Shown here piece by piece: positions 1 through 13,508 of a stretch of DNA of 64,000 nt. The notes beneath the pieces are model-generated. The model searched no databases. It had not been told where the DNA came from and was given only the letters and a program-made list of their open reading frames with translations. Source of the stretch: Cenococcum geophilum (lineage: Eukaryota); assembly GCA_050273025.1 (NCBI GenBank), contig CP158636.1, positions 4,836,001 through 4,900,000 on the forward strand, in the 5' to 3' direction. Made by a program: the position numbers and the translations under genes. The stretch's first letter is position 1. Every line of letters begins with the position of its first letter.

Positions 1-187
1 TGCTCTTCCTAATAAGAATAATCCTGCATACGCTATTTAATCCATAGGTGTTGCTAGCTTTGCTCCCTCTTGCGTAACCTTAAAATGCATTTATATAAGG
101 AATCCTTTAAGCTTTAACCTCTCTCCTAAGAATCTCTTAATTAATAGTAACTTAACCTTTACTGCTCTTATCCCGTTAATCCTTTGT
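1..187 (-). mobile_element. Gypsy LTR retrotransposon family B, gag region (continues left of window; interrupted by Gypsy A)
   Basis: Reverse complement aligns to ~57100-57281 of the right-hand Gypsy B copy. Confidence 0.85.
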
Positions 188-565
188 TGTAACGGAATTC
201 CCCAGAAGGTACATATTAGATAAGACAGAAGGAGGTCTCATCTATGTTCCAGAAGGAGGTCTTATCTATGTTCCAGAAGGAGGTCTCACCTATATTCCAT
301 CTACGTCCCAGAAGACACGGTCAGACAGATAAGGGGTAAAGGGTTTTACTGGCGTCTTAGAAAGATCATATAGGGAGCTGGTTCTCCTCTAGAGAAGAAC
401 TAGCGATTAGTCTCTAAATAGAAGTGGTTAGAAGCATTTGTCCTTTAATACGTAAAACTCATTCTACCTTTAACTTACCTTCTATTTACCTTTGACTTAC
501 CTTCTACTTACTAGTGATACTGTTGATTAGATAATTATACGTTCCGGTTAGGCTGGCCTCTTATA
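188..565 (+). repeat. 5' LTR of Gypsy A
   Basis: Direct repeat of 7597-7974; the differences I checked are C/T or G/A transitions, as expected from RIP. Confidence 0.95.
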
Positions 566-3500
566 ATTCTAATTGCTCACAATCCGTTAGGAACGTACGG
601 CTATTAATTAATAATAACGAACTATACTCCTATACCCTACAAAGCAACGCCCTCACCGCAAGAGGCTTAAAGAGTCTCCCTAAAGGAGCGCATTCCCTCT
701 TCCTATGAAGAAGCTATGGCTGGTCCGTCTAACCTTATAAGACCCTTAGGAACGATTACTGCTGGGGAGTTATTAGAGTGGTCGCTATATAAGACCCTAT
801 AAAAAATAAAGGAGTTGGAGATACGATTAAGATAAGTATATTAAGACTACTAAGAACAATTGTAAGGATAATTAGGGGAAGCATAGATACCCTAGACACG
901 AAGCGGACTTAAAGGGGTAACGCTATACTATACTGTGATATTAGAAAAACCTAAATTCCGTATAAAGGAACCTAATAAGTACTATAGTAATAGTCTTTAG
1001 AACTGCAATTATTTTATCCAACAATGTGAAACTAAGTTTCGGCTGGATCCGAAACGTTACTCTAACAAGTATAATTAGACACTAATTACTTCTACCTTCC
1101 TACGTAGCACCGTTAAGAGTTTATAGACACGCTATAAGAAGAAACTTACTATACCCCTTAAATTTAGCAAACTTAGGACCTAGTTGGTTAATTAGGTCTA
1201 AAACCCTACTAATTAAGGGATAGACTATAACTAGCAATACCACAACGCTAAATAGCGGGATAGTTAGACTGTGGTCTAGTTTGTAAACTACTTAGAAGAA
1301 CTAAAAGATAATATACCCTACTCAGATCTATAGGATGACGCTATATAACTTCACTAGTTACTTACTAAGCTATAACCTAAGATTCAATAGGCTATATAAG
1401 AGAAGGGCGAAATTCCTACCTCTTAAGAAAAGCTTATCTCTAAAGCTACTTGGATTAAGAGTGCTAAAAGAGACTATCTAGGTAAGCAAAAGGAATAAGA
1501 CGCTAATAATAAAGAGTGTAGGACTAGACCTAGCTTTAATAATAGGGGTAGATTCCAACCTAACCGCTCTACGGAAGGATAACGCGAGTAGGCCTTGTAG
1601 CCCTAGAGCAACGCTAGTTAACCCTAAAATAATAATAGGCAGAGATCTAATTCGTAGAAGGGGAACCGGGAGACACGTACCTATTATAACTGCGGTAAGA
1701 AGGGCTATATAAGCCGCTTCTGCTAGTAGAAGAAGTAAGAGTCGGCCTAATTAGGAAAAGAGACAGCCTAGTAGATCTTTACTCCCTTATACTAGGCTAG
1801 CAAGAGAAGAAGGGAGTAAACTACCGCATAGTTATTCCTGTCTCTATTTAAGTCAATAATAAATAGGTAACGTGAGACTGCCTTATAAATAGCGGCGCGA
1901 GTATAGGGTTCATTTCTTAATTACTAGTAAAAGAATTAGATTTGGACCTTAGCGGCTTATAGGTGCGCACCGTTTGAAGTATCGGAGGCCACCGGATTCT
2001 ATACTACGGGGAATAGGCTTTTTCCGTGGCTAGCTAGGACTGTGATAGTCTATAGGACACGCAGGAGATGCGCTTCTATGCCGCAGAAATCAAGGGGTAT
2101 AACCTTATTTTAGGATACCCATAACTTCGCTAAGTTAATCCGGATATTAATTAGCCTTTAGCCTTATATTAACATCGGAAGTCTTAACCACGCATTATAG
2201 TTAAAGATTAAGAGACTTTCTTAAACCATGTGCAAGAAGAAGGGTAGGTATATACTATATATGCTACTCTTAATACTAAGAACGGGGATACGGGATATTT
2301 ATTTTCGGATGTCCGGCTATATATAATTGAGGAACCAGAGATTCTATAGGAATATACGGACTTAGAGGATATTTCTAGTAAAGAGGCTATACAAACCTTA
2401 CCCGACCCTATATTAGTTAAGTATAAGATAGATATAGGGGATAAACAACCTCCTTTTAGACTGCTATATAACCTATCAGAAAATAAGCTGGCGGTACTAT
2501 ATTAATATATAGTGGATAATCTTTAGAGAGAATAGATTCGGCCCTCTACAAGCCCGGCAGGGGCGCCGATTATATTTATACCTAAAAAGGACGGGACCCT
2601 TCGCCTCTATATTAACTATCGGGCGCTAAATAAGATTACTATAAAAAATCGCTACCTATTACCCTTAATAGGGGAGCTTATTAACAGGCTATTAGGCGTA
2701 AAGATATTTACAAAATTGGATCTAAAAGATATATACCATCGAATTTGGATTAAAGCCGGCGATGAGTGGAAAACGGCGTTCTAAATATGGTACGGCCACT
2801 TCAAGTACCTAGTAATGCCATTTAGACTCACTAACGTACTAGCGACATTTCAGGCCTATATTAATAAGGCATTATTAGGCTTGTTGGACACGATATATAT
2901 AGTCTACCTTAATGACATTATAGTCTACTCTAATAACTATGAAGCACATACGCACTACGTGTAAATGGTACTAGAAAGACTACGGGAATACGAGCTCTAT
3001 ATAAACCTAAAAAAGTGCACATTCTATACTACTAGCATTAATTTTTTAGGCTTTATTATTAGCGTTAACGGAGTATTAATAGAGAAAAGTCAGGTAGACG
3101 CTATTAGGGAATGGCCCTACCCCACGATATTTAGAGAAGTACAGGTTTTCTTAGGCACGGCGAACTTCTACTAAACGTTCATTATTTACTACTTATAAGT
3201 AATACTCCCAATTACCGATCTACTAAAAGGATTTAAGAATGGCAGGAAGTTAGAACCCTTTATATTTAGGGAAGCTGCTAAGCAGGCTATAGACCGGTTA
3301 AAGGATTTATTTATATCGGCGCCTATCCTAATACACTTCTACTAGGAGCTACGTATACACCTCAAAACGGATACATCCGGCTTTACCCTAGGGGCAATTA
3401 TATCTTAATTAAAAGATGGAAAATGGCATCCTATGGCGTTTTAGTTAAGGAAAATAACCCCTATAGAGCAGCGTTATATAACGCACGACCAGGAGCTGCT

Positions 3501-6500
3501 TATAATAATTGCAGTAATAAAGCACTGGTGATATTATTATATAGGAAGCAATTATCCTATTAAAATCCTTACAGACTATAATAACCTGGAATACTTTATA
3601 ACTATAAAGGTGTTAAGCGGTTAACAAGCTAGGTAGGCAGAGGCACTATTATAATATAATTTTAAGATTACGTACTGCCTAGGAAAGATAAATCCTGCTA
3701 ATGGGTTATTAAGACGTCTAGATTATAAGATAGGGAGGATCTAAGACAGTACAGGGGAAATAATCCCTATATTACAAAATTTGCTTAGGAAGAAAGAAGA
3801 CTCTTTCCCTAGAACTACAGAATTTTATAGTAGGGTAGAGGTCCCGGCGATGCAGCTACAAAGTAATATAATTATAGAGCCGTAGGATATAGTCACAAAC
3901 CAGGTTATAGACCAAGTAGACATTATAAAGTTGGTATACCCTAGAATTAGCAAGAATTCTATAGGATATGCTAGAGGTATCGCGGCACCTTTAACTTAAC
4001 GGCGTATTAGCTGCAAGTTCTTAAATCTAAGGGGGATAGGCGAGATGCCTATCCGCAGCGTAGTATACTGTATAACGGCAGGAGAATCTACTAGTACTAA
4101 TGGTTTAAAACGTCTCGTGCTACGCCTTAAGTCCGTAATAGCGGCAGGTAAAACGGAAGCAAGTGATCTATACGAAACCTTTCCGGATTTTCTTTTTTAA
4201 GCTTAACAAAGGAACGCCTTCGCCTCTAGGGAGAGGTAGAAAGATATAGTAGAGACCAACTTGGCCGGAGTCACTAAGAAGCTATAGTAGTAAGACTAAA
4301 AGGGTCTATTGCGCTTTAAGGGTGCTACATATATCCCAAAGGACCAAGCGATTTAAGACGAAATTCTAAAGGTCTTTTATAATAACCCTCTTAGGGGTCA
4401 CTATGGTGCCAACAGAACCCTTAAGGCTGTTTAAAGGAAATACTTTTAAGACGGAATGTCTGAAGAGGTTAAGGACTATATATTAAGGTATAATATATGC
4501 TAAAGGATACAGATATCCAGGCATCGCCTATATAGCGAGTTATTAGTGCTTCCTATTCCGCAGGGACCCATATTAGAATTAATAATAGATTTTATTATAG
4601 GCTTACCCCCTACCAAGACAAAAACTAGAGAGGTTGCTAACACTATCCTAGTAATCATTAATAGGTATATAAAGTTTTCAGGATACTTTGCTATTATAAC
4701 AACAATTATAGTAGCAGAACTAGCAGACCTGTTTTTAAAACGGTGGCTCTTATTTAGTATACTAAGGGGAATTATATCTAATAGAGGCACCGTATTTAAT
4801 AGTGCATTTTGGTCTTTATTCTATCTTTTATTAAAAATACAGCAAAGGATAAGCACTGCCTTCTACCTATAAACAGACGGGCAAATAGAGCGTCTAAATG
4901 CGTTGTTAGAACACTACCTCCGCTGCTATATTAATTATTAATAGGATAATTGGACATTATAGTTAGCTCTAACGCAGTACGTGTATAACATAAGTATCTA
5001 TAGTAGCACAAAAATAACCCCTTATAAAGTATTATTTGGGGTAAAAGCAAATAACCCCTAGAACGTTAAGGATATTATTCCTAAAAGAGAGGCACCAGCA
5101 GCGTCCGAAAGAATTAAGCAAATAAGAATTCGTAGAGAGGAACTTAAAAAGCACTTACTAGACGCCCAGGCTGTGCAAAAAAGGTACTATAATAAAAAAC
5201 ATATACTAAAAGAATTCGAGATAGGAGACGAAGTCTTACTATTTATAAAAAATATCCAAACAAAACGTATTAAGAAGAAGCTAGATTACCAGTAGCTTAG
5301 ACCCTTTAAAATAGTTAAGAAAACTAAAGGAAACTAAGCCTACAAATTGGAATTACTGAAATCTTATCTAATACATCCCACATTTCATGTTTCCTTACTA
5401 GAGCTATACTAGAGAAGAGATAGTACGGAACCGCCCCTACTTAGCAAAATTAATAGGGAACTGAAATGGAATATAGAAGACATTCTAGACTAAAGATAGC
5501 GCTAGAAGAAGCGCGAATTTTTAGTTCATTAGGAAGGATACTCCTAGGCGTATAATAGTTAGGAACCTAAGGAGTACCTTTGGCCGGGATATAATACCAC
5601 AATTAAAACCTTCCTAAGAACTAAAGGTAAAGACTTAGAAATGGTTCCGGATATACTATAGGTAAAGCAATAGGGAAGACCCCGCAAATTAAAACTATAG
5701 GATTAAGTATAGGCATTAAGAACGGAAACGTTTCGCCATTATAATAGGGATCCTAGAATCCTATAAAAGGAAGCCTATAGGGATCTACAGAAGAACCACT
5801 AGGGATACTGTTTAAAGAAGACGCTATACAAGAAGGAGTAGTAGCACTATAAGAAGTGGCCTTAGGGATTTAGCAAGATCCCCTAGGGATAAAAGGAGAG
5901 TATCCGGCCTAGCACCGGAGATACGCAGTAGAGTTAATAGTATAAAGAGGAGCAAAAGGACAGCCTATGAAGAATTAGAAATTTTAAGGAATTATAAGGC
6001 ACCTATAGGAACACCACCCGTTTATTATATATGGGGATTATAGTAGTGCACTGCGTTTATATAGATTATTACTAAAGCTTAGAATAAAGGCATCCCCAAA
6101 GTATAAAGTTAATTCCTAATAATAGGGCATCCTAGAGGCACCTAAGAGGCACTATATAAAGCTATTTTATAAGAAGGAAAGAGCTAGGTAACAACTTAAA
6201 CACCAGTAGTAGTAATAGGAGCCTCCTCTTCCATCTTAACGTCATTATTAACGGTATTATTAGCTCCTCCATCCCTAGAAGCATTAGCACTTCCACTAAC
6301 ATTCTTCTTAGAACGATAGGTACTAAAAGGACTAGCACAGGCGGGAGATTAGCAAGGAGAATGTTTATCTTAACCTTCGTTGCTATCCTTAGTATCCCCA
6401 GGTTCCAAATCGGCGTCTAAGTAGGGATTAGAGAGATATTGGCTAAAGGAGTTAGCATAGTTCCTAAGCAAGTCACTAGAGAAACTTACCTAGCTAGAGT

Positions 6501-7596
6501 AGCCCGCGTAAGAGTACGAATGTTATTATTAATAAGGACGAGCTATTCGCATATACGCTCCTAAACACTATATATCCGAGAACGTTGCGTCTCTATAGCA
6601 GTAGAAACCCTTATGGAATTAAAGAGTCTATAAGTAAGGGAAGATACCTTCTGTCCCCGCCTATTACTATTAGGATATTAGCGGAAATCTTAGATAGCGC
6701 GTTAGAGCCTATAAGTCTCATACGCATAGACAGCGGGGATCTAGCATAATTAGCGAAATCTAGAATAGGACGGAATAGGAAATATCGGGACGTAGGTCTT
6801 TCTCCTACTACAATAATAGGAGTACTTAGATTTATTTTTGCTAAAGCAAGGCATCTTATAAATATAGGAAGGATCCTGCGTAAAAGCATAAACGCAGCAA
6901 CAACAGTATTTTAGGGAAACTACTATAGGAGCAACAGACGCTATCTAAGGCGTCACTAGGAGATTAATAATACTGCCGCCGGTCTAGGGACCATAAGCCA
7001 TTGTAAGAGAATACTCTAAGAAGTCAGCATTATTATAAGAAGATGAGGTAGGGATCCTATTACTTATAGACGTGTTACGAGAAGAGAATAAAGCAGCTAT
7101 AAAAGAACAGCTAAAAATATAGAAGCTAAAAGCGGAGATATAGAGGAAACAGTCTGCTAAAAGATAAGACAAATAGTGTTATTAATAAAAAGACGCGTAA
7201 AAGGCAACAGCTTATAAACTAGAAGAAAATTAAAATAAAGACGTTATTATTAGAATCTATTTTAGGTAAATGGGGATAGTGGCTTATAGACGCGTTGCAT
7301 AGGACAACCTCTAGATTAACTTATAACAAACTCTTATAATAAGAAAGGTAAATCCCATCTAATTTTTATTATTATTATTTTAGTTCTATTATAAAGGCAT
7401 TATAGGGAACTATAGTAGGAAAAGAGCAGAGGAACTAAGGACAAAGTAAGGTTCTACGCTAGTAAAGAACTAGCTATAAGCCGCATTATAAAGTATCTTT
7501 CCACTAAGAATTTCCCTAGTAGTTTTAGCCGGAACTTTATAAAAGCTTAGTAGAGGCGAAGTCTTAGAGGACCAAGACCCTTAAAGGGGAGGCAAT

Positions 7597-7974
7597 TATA
7601 ACGGAATTCCCCAAAAGGTATATATTAGATAAGACAGAAGAAGGTCTTATCTATGTTCTAGAAGGAGGTCTTATCTATATTTTAGAAGGAGGTCTTACCT
7701 ATATTCCATCTACGTCCTAGAAGATATGGTTAGATAGATAAGGGGTAAAGGGTTTTACTAGCGTCTTAGAAAGATTATATAGGGAGCTAGTTCTCCTCTA
7801 GAGAAGAACTAGCGATTAGTCTCTAAATAGAAGTAGTTAGAAGCATTTGTCCTTTAATACATAAAACTTATTCTACCTTTAACTTACCTTCTATTTACCT
7901 TCGACTTACCTTCTACTTACCGGTGATACTGTTAATTAGATAATCATACGTTCCGGTCAGGCTGGCCTCTTACA
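7597..7974 (+). repeat. 3' LTR of Gypsy A
   Basis: Direct repeat of 188-565; ends TTACA followed by TSD TTTGT. Confidence 0.95.
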
Positions 7975-7979
7975 TTTGT

Positions 7980-8606
7980 TTAAGTGCCGCATTATTTTCC
8001 ATTAGTTAGTTAACTATTTCTTATAATTGCCCTACTGTTATAGGCTGTTATAAGTTAGTGTCTGCTATACTAGTGTTGTTACCTAATCTTGAAGTAGTTG
8101 CCGCCGTCGATGGCGTTATGGTGGCTGCTTTTAGTGGTATGTTATTTAACTTCTATATTTGTTATTATAACTAGGTAGTAATTGTGTAACGGAACCTTAT
8201 AGTAGGTACTACGGTAGGTTTATTATTGGGCTAGGTATATAGGTAAAGTAAATTAAGTTAATAACGTAATAATAACTAGTGAAGTGGTTGCCTAATAGAT
8301 TAACTCTAATTATATTCTAAGAATTACTACGAGGAAGAAACTATTTAGGTAGGGACTAAGGGTCCTTAAATATATAACCGTACTCCTAAGAAAGTCGTTG
8401 CTCTATCTGCTCTGTCTGCTCTATTCGCTCTATTATAGATCTTGCAGATTATATAGATTACACAGATCACATTATGTGACCTTACTTACTATTTTTCGTC
8501 ACATGGTTCTACGGGTTCTATTCTGGACCGTGCCTATATTAACCAACTAGCTTCTTCCGACTCTTCTCCAAGTAGTCGTAACATCGTACTTAAAGCGTCC
8601 GTAACA
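7980..8606 (-). mobile_element. Gypsy family B 5' end: 5' LTR (8185-8606) and start of gag
   Basis: Reverse complement aligns to 56472-~57095; LTR termini TGTTAC...GTTACA. Confidence 0.9.
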
Positions 8607-10548
8607 TTTGTAGTTTACAAAGATCTTATTAGGAAGAAGCTCTCTATAGCTCTCTTAAAGCTTTACTTTATAATTAACTATTAGATAGCGCTAAATAAAA
8701 CAGCTTTTTAAGTAGTAATAGTTTACTTTATTAACGAAGCTGGGCAACTCTTAAAGGTAATACTTACTCTGCGAGAGTATAAGGAAAGCCACAGTAGTAA
8801 GCAATAGGCAGAGGTACTTATTAAGGTGCTTAAGGAGTATAAGATTAACGTAAAGCAGATTAGCTATATTACTAGTAGATTTCTATTCTCTATCTCTACT
8901 ACTATTAAGCTCTCTACTAACTATACTAAATATAGGTGATAACCACGGCAGCAATAATAAGCTCTGTCGAATTCTATAAAAGCGCTTCCCTTCCTGGATT
9001 ACCGTTTACCACCGAATTCGCTGCATTAGCTATATTATCAATCTCGCAGTATAAGCCTTCCTTTTTACCAAAGATAAAGAGGCTGTGGAGCTCGCAGTAT
9101 AAGCCATAGAGGAACTCTAGGCTAAAGAGCAGAGGCTTTATATTAAGTCGGAATATAAATATAATTAAGATAAAGCCACGTAGGCTAAGTGGCAAAAAAT
9201 GGGAGCTTTGGGCAAGATCTATAATATAGCCGTTTAGCTTAGAGCTTCGCCGGAATAATATTAAGCCTTCCTAAAGCTCGCCTATAAGATAATATCGCGC
9301 GACAATAATATAAGGTGGAACTCGTGGCTTACCATGCTAGAGTTAGCAATGGAGCTTAAGAGCTCAATTCAAGTCTTTATTAATAAGAACTTCAGTAATC
9401 TATATAAGAATGAGCTCAGTCGCGATAAGTGGGACACTATCCACAAGACGATCGCAATCTTAAAGCCTTTTAAAGACGCCATAAAGTCTATGGAAGGCGA
9501 TTAAACTACATTTAATAAGGTTCTACAGAGCATGGATTTCCTTATAGATTACATCAAAAGTAAGCAGGAAGAGCACGCCTTTAATCAGAATCTCTTAGCG
9601 TCTCTTCTTACTATATGGCTTGCTTTTAATAAGTACTATAGCTTAACAGATTAGACTCCTGCGTACGCCGCTGCCTTACTCCTTAACCCAACGCTTCGAA
9701 AATAGTATCTAAATAATTACTAGAGGCTACTAGAACTTTGCAATAAAGGTACAATTAACTAAGTAATTAAAGCCGCATAAAAGCTTTGGCAGAAGGAATA
9801 TAAGTATAGGCTAATTGATGGCAATAAGTGTTAGCTAATTAATCCTAATCTTATTACAAACACCTACCTCCGATAGAAGTATTTAGATTAACTTAAACGA
9901 ACCTCTAAAGAAGATAAATTTAAACGGTTTATTGTTGTGAGTACACCTTCTCTTTATAATGTTATCTATTCTAACTCTATAGTAGGCAAAGCCTCTATAA
10001 ACGATTACCACATCCTCCCTTAGCTAGTGGCTTAAATTAACTTAACGCGCAGAGTACCCACGCCTCTTATAAATGGCTATTAATATCCTCTCTATACCGG
10101 CTATATCAGCTAAAGCAGAACGCGTCTTCTTAGGCGCTCGGCGAATAATATTATGGGAGCGATTAAGGCTTAGAGCAACGGTGGTAGAGCAATCTAAGTG
10201 TTTAAAAAGCTGGCTTCAACAGATCGTTAAGTCGGGAGGCTTCGCGACAGTAGATGTAGCCGTCAAAGCTATCAACCTCAAGGAATCTATTGATAAAACG
10301 ACGAGCGGCAATGCGGGAAGAAACGCGGTAAGCAATAAGTAAGCAAATAAGGCAGTAGGTGGATGAGAGAATTAAGTAGTAAGTACAACTCGTAGAGCCT
10401 CTCTCAAGCCAGGATCAATCTAATCCTAATTAGGAAATTAGTATGTAATCAATATAATCAATATAATCAATTAGAATCAGGTGCGGTGATTTTATAAGAA
10501 TTAAAATCTATAGCCTGATTATGATTACGGTGATTATGTGCATCCCTG
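8607..10548 (+). mobile_element. RIP-degraded hAT DNA transposon, 3' part (transposase pseudogene and right end)
   Basis: RWNS motif near 9313; hAT C-terminal dimerisation motif MAINILSIPAISAKAERVF (ORF 10073-10342); intron-like segments; end reads ...GTGCATCCCTG (CAGGG- terminus on the minus strand), right where the host HisRS frame resumes. Confidence 0.8.
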
Positions 10549-11704
10549 CCTATGATACCCGACTCCAAAGTCCTCCGCATCACTACAGAAGTCTTTAAGG
10601 CCCCTAAGCTGGGTATCACAATTAAGCTGAATCAAGCGAATTCTTGACGGAATATTTATTGTAGCCGGTGTGCCGCAGGACAAAATCCTGTCGATTGGAG
10701 GTCCGTGCGCAGGTCAAGAATGAGAAGTCTGTCTATTGAATGTGGCTCTAGGGCCTCTATATATATACATGGGAAGGGTAGCTGAGTCGGTGACCGAGTC
10801 AAGGTGGCAAGGTAGTGGCAAGGATATCCGTTTCAGATCGACAAATCCGTACCATCAGCTGAGCTGTCGACAAGCTCGACAAACTGTCTTGGCTTGACAT
10901 TAAGAAAGAAATGACCGAGGAAAAGGCTCTACCTAACGAGGTGGCTGATCAAATCGGCGAATACGTTAAACACAACGGTGCTGTTCGCGACATATTGGAT
11001 TTTCTAAAGTCTAATCCATCACTCGTTGCAGACCAGGACGTCAAGGCAGGCATCGAGGACATTGAGCTGTTGCTGTCTTACTTAGAGGCCTTTGGCATTT
11101 CAAATAGCATCTCCTTTGATCTTTCGTTGGCTCAAGGACTTGACTATTATACCTCGTTGATCTTTGAAGTTCTCCACACACCTAGGGAGACACAAGCTCC
11201 TGGAAAGCAAGCCAGCGGCAATGGTCAGGCTACCCAGGTGGGAAGCATCGGTGCAGGCGGACGTTATGACAATTTGGTGGGTATTTTTGGCAAACGCCCA
11301 TTCCATGTGTCGGTATTTCGTTTGGAGCGGATCGCATCTTTACAATTCTGAAGGCACAACGCGAGCGAGAAGCGACCCTGCCAATACAGGAGATTGACGT
11401 GTATGTGATGGCTTTTGGAGCAGGCAAAGACTTCGATGGTCTTCCTCCCGATCGACTTCATATATGCGGTCAGTTGTGGGACGCTGGCATACGGGCTGGC
11501 TTTTCTGCTAAAGCAAGGCCAAAGCTTGCCCAACAGTTCAAGTCGGCTGAGGATGTGCCGCTTGCTGTTATTCTGGGTTAAGATGAGTTGGCGGCCGGTA
11601 AACTCAAGATCAAAGTCTTTGGGCTCCCTGACGGTCACCCGGAGAAGGAAGGTGTTTTGATTGAGAAGGCTGATCTGGTGGCAGAGGTACAAAAACGGCT
11701 CTAG
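10549..11704 (+). pseudogene. Histidyl-tRNA synthetase (HisRS) paralog pseudogene, C-terminal part
   Basis: Motifs PMIPD, ITIKLN, AVDKLDK, LAQGLDYYT, VGSIGAGGRYDNLVG and anticodon domain LWDAGIRA...AVILG; frameshifts (~10605-10640, ~11300), stops (~10860, 11579), a solo-LTR insertion and the hAT element at its 5' side. Confidence 0.9.
10689..10843. mobile_element. 155-bp solo LTR (or TG...CA mini-element) inserted in the HisRS pseudogene
   Basis: TGTCGAT...ATCGACA inverted termini; 5-bp TSD AATCC at 10684-10688 and 10844-10848; removing it restores QDKIRTIS. Confidence 0.85.
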
Positions 11705-12367
11705 CGGTAGGACAGCCGTGGTCCGTTTCGGTTTTCTTAGAAGACCTAGATATGTAGGCTATCACTGTACCTCATTTCCTTGGTTTCTCCGGCACAATCG
11801 TATGCTAGAAAAGCATATGAGAGCAGAGCCGGAGCAGCCAGAAAACCCAATTGATCGATGTAATACAAAAGCCTACAGTCTGTTTACAACCCGAGGATCA
11901 ATCCAAACAATTCGCGGAGCTCCAGCCTGCCGAGAAGCGTGGCTCTTATTCTTTCGTCCAGATTGTCAAGCAAAAGTGATAGCCACGAATACGAGAGATT
12001 AGGCGCCAAAGGCGCTCTGGCTGGCCATCGGAGCTTTACAGCCAATTGATCAGAGTAATACAATTCTCTGGATTTAGAAAGTTCTATCAAACTTCAAGGC
12101 AAAAGAAGGCAAGAATGAGTAAGAACGCAAAAGAGAGAAAATGGAAAATTGGACAACACATTTCTGCATCCAACAAAAGGGACGTCCACTCACGAGGCAG
12201 TGATAAATTCAACTTCTCTAGACCCTGGCGTGCTTTTCATACAGTCATTTAATTCACAAATGCGGCTCTTCGAGGTCTATATAATGTGTAGTAATAAATC
12301 AGTCGCCTTGCCGCCCAAGGCAACTACCCGGAATAATTGTTAAATCTTTCAAGCTCAGACTTGTAAA

Positions 12368-12679
12368 ATGGCTAAAGAATATGTCGACCCCCGATACATT
12401 GACAAAGCGAAGCTCTATGCACTTCTCGCGCGCTTATTCGCTGGACAGCCCTGGCAAGCTGAGGTGAGTCCGATATAATGGATTGAGACATCTAATTTTC
12501 GCCGTGTAAGGCATCAAGGCTCTAAGGCAGATTTTGTCCTAGGTTCGAAGGGGGAAGTGGGTGATCGAGACGCCCACCGCTTTATCAAAGGTAGGAGGTT
12601 ATCATACACCATTGTCTTTCACCAACCATACCACTCACCCCAGATGTTGCAGGAAGAACTGGATTCCGTCGCTCCGTAA
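12368..12679 (+). CDS. Predicted 3-exon microprotein 1 (~56 aa): MAKEYVDPRYIDKAKLYALLARLFAGQPWQAE/VRRGKWVIETPTALSK/EELDSVAP
   Basis: Exons 12368-12463, 12543-12590 and 12653-12679 (alternative in-frame acceptor at 12643); GTGAGT..TAG and GTAGGA..CAG phase-0 introns; similar to microprotein 2. Confidence 0.7.
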
Positions 12680-13165
12680 CAAAACGGATGCAGAGCGACG
12701 TGTATACACAGCCTGCTCAACCTCCCTTTGCTCGATTGCCTTCTTCTTCCTTTCCGCCTTCATTCACAGCCTTGCAGGCGCCCCCGTAGCCTACTCCAGT
12801 CAGCGGTGAGGACGGCCTGCTCAGGCATATTTTGAGCCCATAAGGTGCTCGTGTCGGCTTACTGTCATATTTAATGGGTCGGAAAGTCCGATGTTGGTTC
12901 TGCTGCGGCGTTTTCAATTGGAGGTTTTTCGCTATGGCTCTTGATACGGATTCGGGTTTCGGTGTAGCATCTCAGGTGCAAGGCTCATGCCTTTCTGTTA
13001 TAAGTAGGTCTAATGGTATCTTCCATCAAAGTAGCATTCAATCTCAGCGATCAATCTCTTCCTTACATTACTTCGAACGATTACCTTCATTAAAACCCCG
13101 TACTTTCTTGATACAGATCTTCATCGCCTCTGTGACAACAGCCACGTAAACTGATACAACCGCCC

Positions 13166-13508
13166 ATGTCAGCTGGATATAGCCCAACCCCTTCCCAAGT
13201 TATCGATGGGCATTTCCTTGATCAGGGGCGTCTCCTGAAGGTCTTGCGAGATATTTTCGGGGCTTCAGACGCCGGGGAGAGCAAATTTCGAGTCGAGGTA
13301 AGGCAGTTGGCAGGAACTCCTCTTTGCGACATGCTAATCAGCAAGTTGCAATAGCTGAGACTCAATCGGTACAAGATATATCCATCTACAACATACACAC
13401 AACCCCCAGAGCTCACTCAGGTAACGCAACACTCAACAACATGTTTATCTTATCGACGTTAACTATTGATAGGAGCAAATACTTGGTTGTCGGACTATAT
13501 TTTGCTAG
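13166..13508 (+). CDS. Predicted 3-exon microprotein 2 (77 aa): MSAGYSPTPSQVIDGHFLDQGRLLKVLRDIFGASDAGESKFRVE/LRLNRYKIYPSTTYTQPPELTQ/EQILGCRTIFC
   Basis: Exons 13166-13297, 13355-13420 and 13473-13508; GTAAGG..GCTAAT..TAG and GTAACG..GTTAAC..TAG phase-0 introns at the same positions as in microprotein 1. Confidence 0.7.

Larger units (their letters stand above)
188..7974 (+). mobile_element. Full-length RIP-inactivated Gypsy/chromovirus LTR retrotransposon (family A)
   Basis: 378-bp LTRs at 188-565 and 7597-7974 with TG...CA outer termini; 5-bp TSD TTTGT at 183-187 and 7975-7979; polypurine tract before the 3' LTR; degenerate gag zinc knuckle (~1680), RT (YLND for YLDD at ~2905; ORF 2965-3174), RNase H, integrase (ORF 4546-4872) and chromodomain (~5460-5600). 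Confidence 0.95.
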
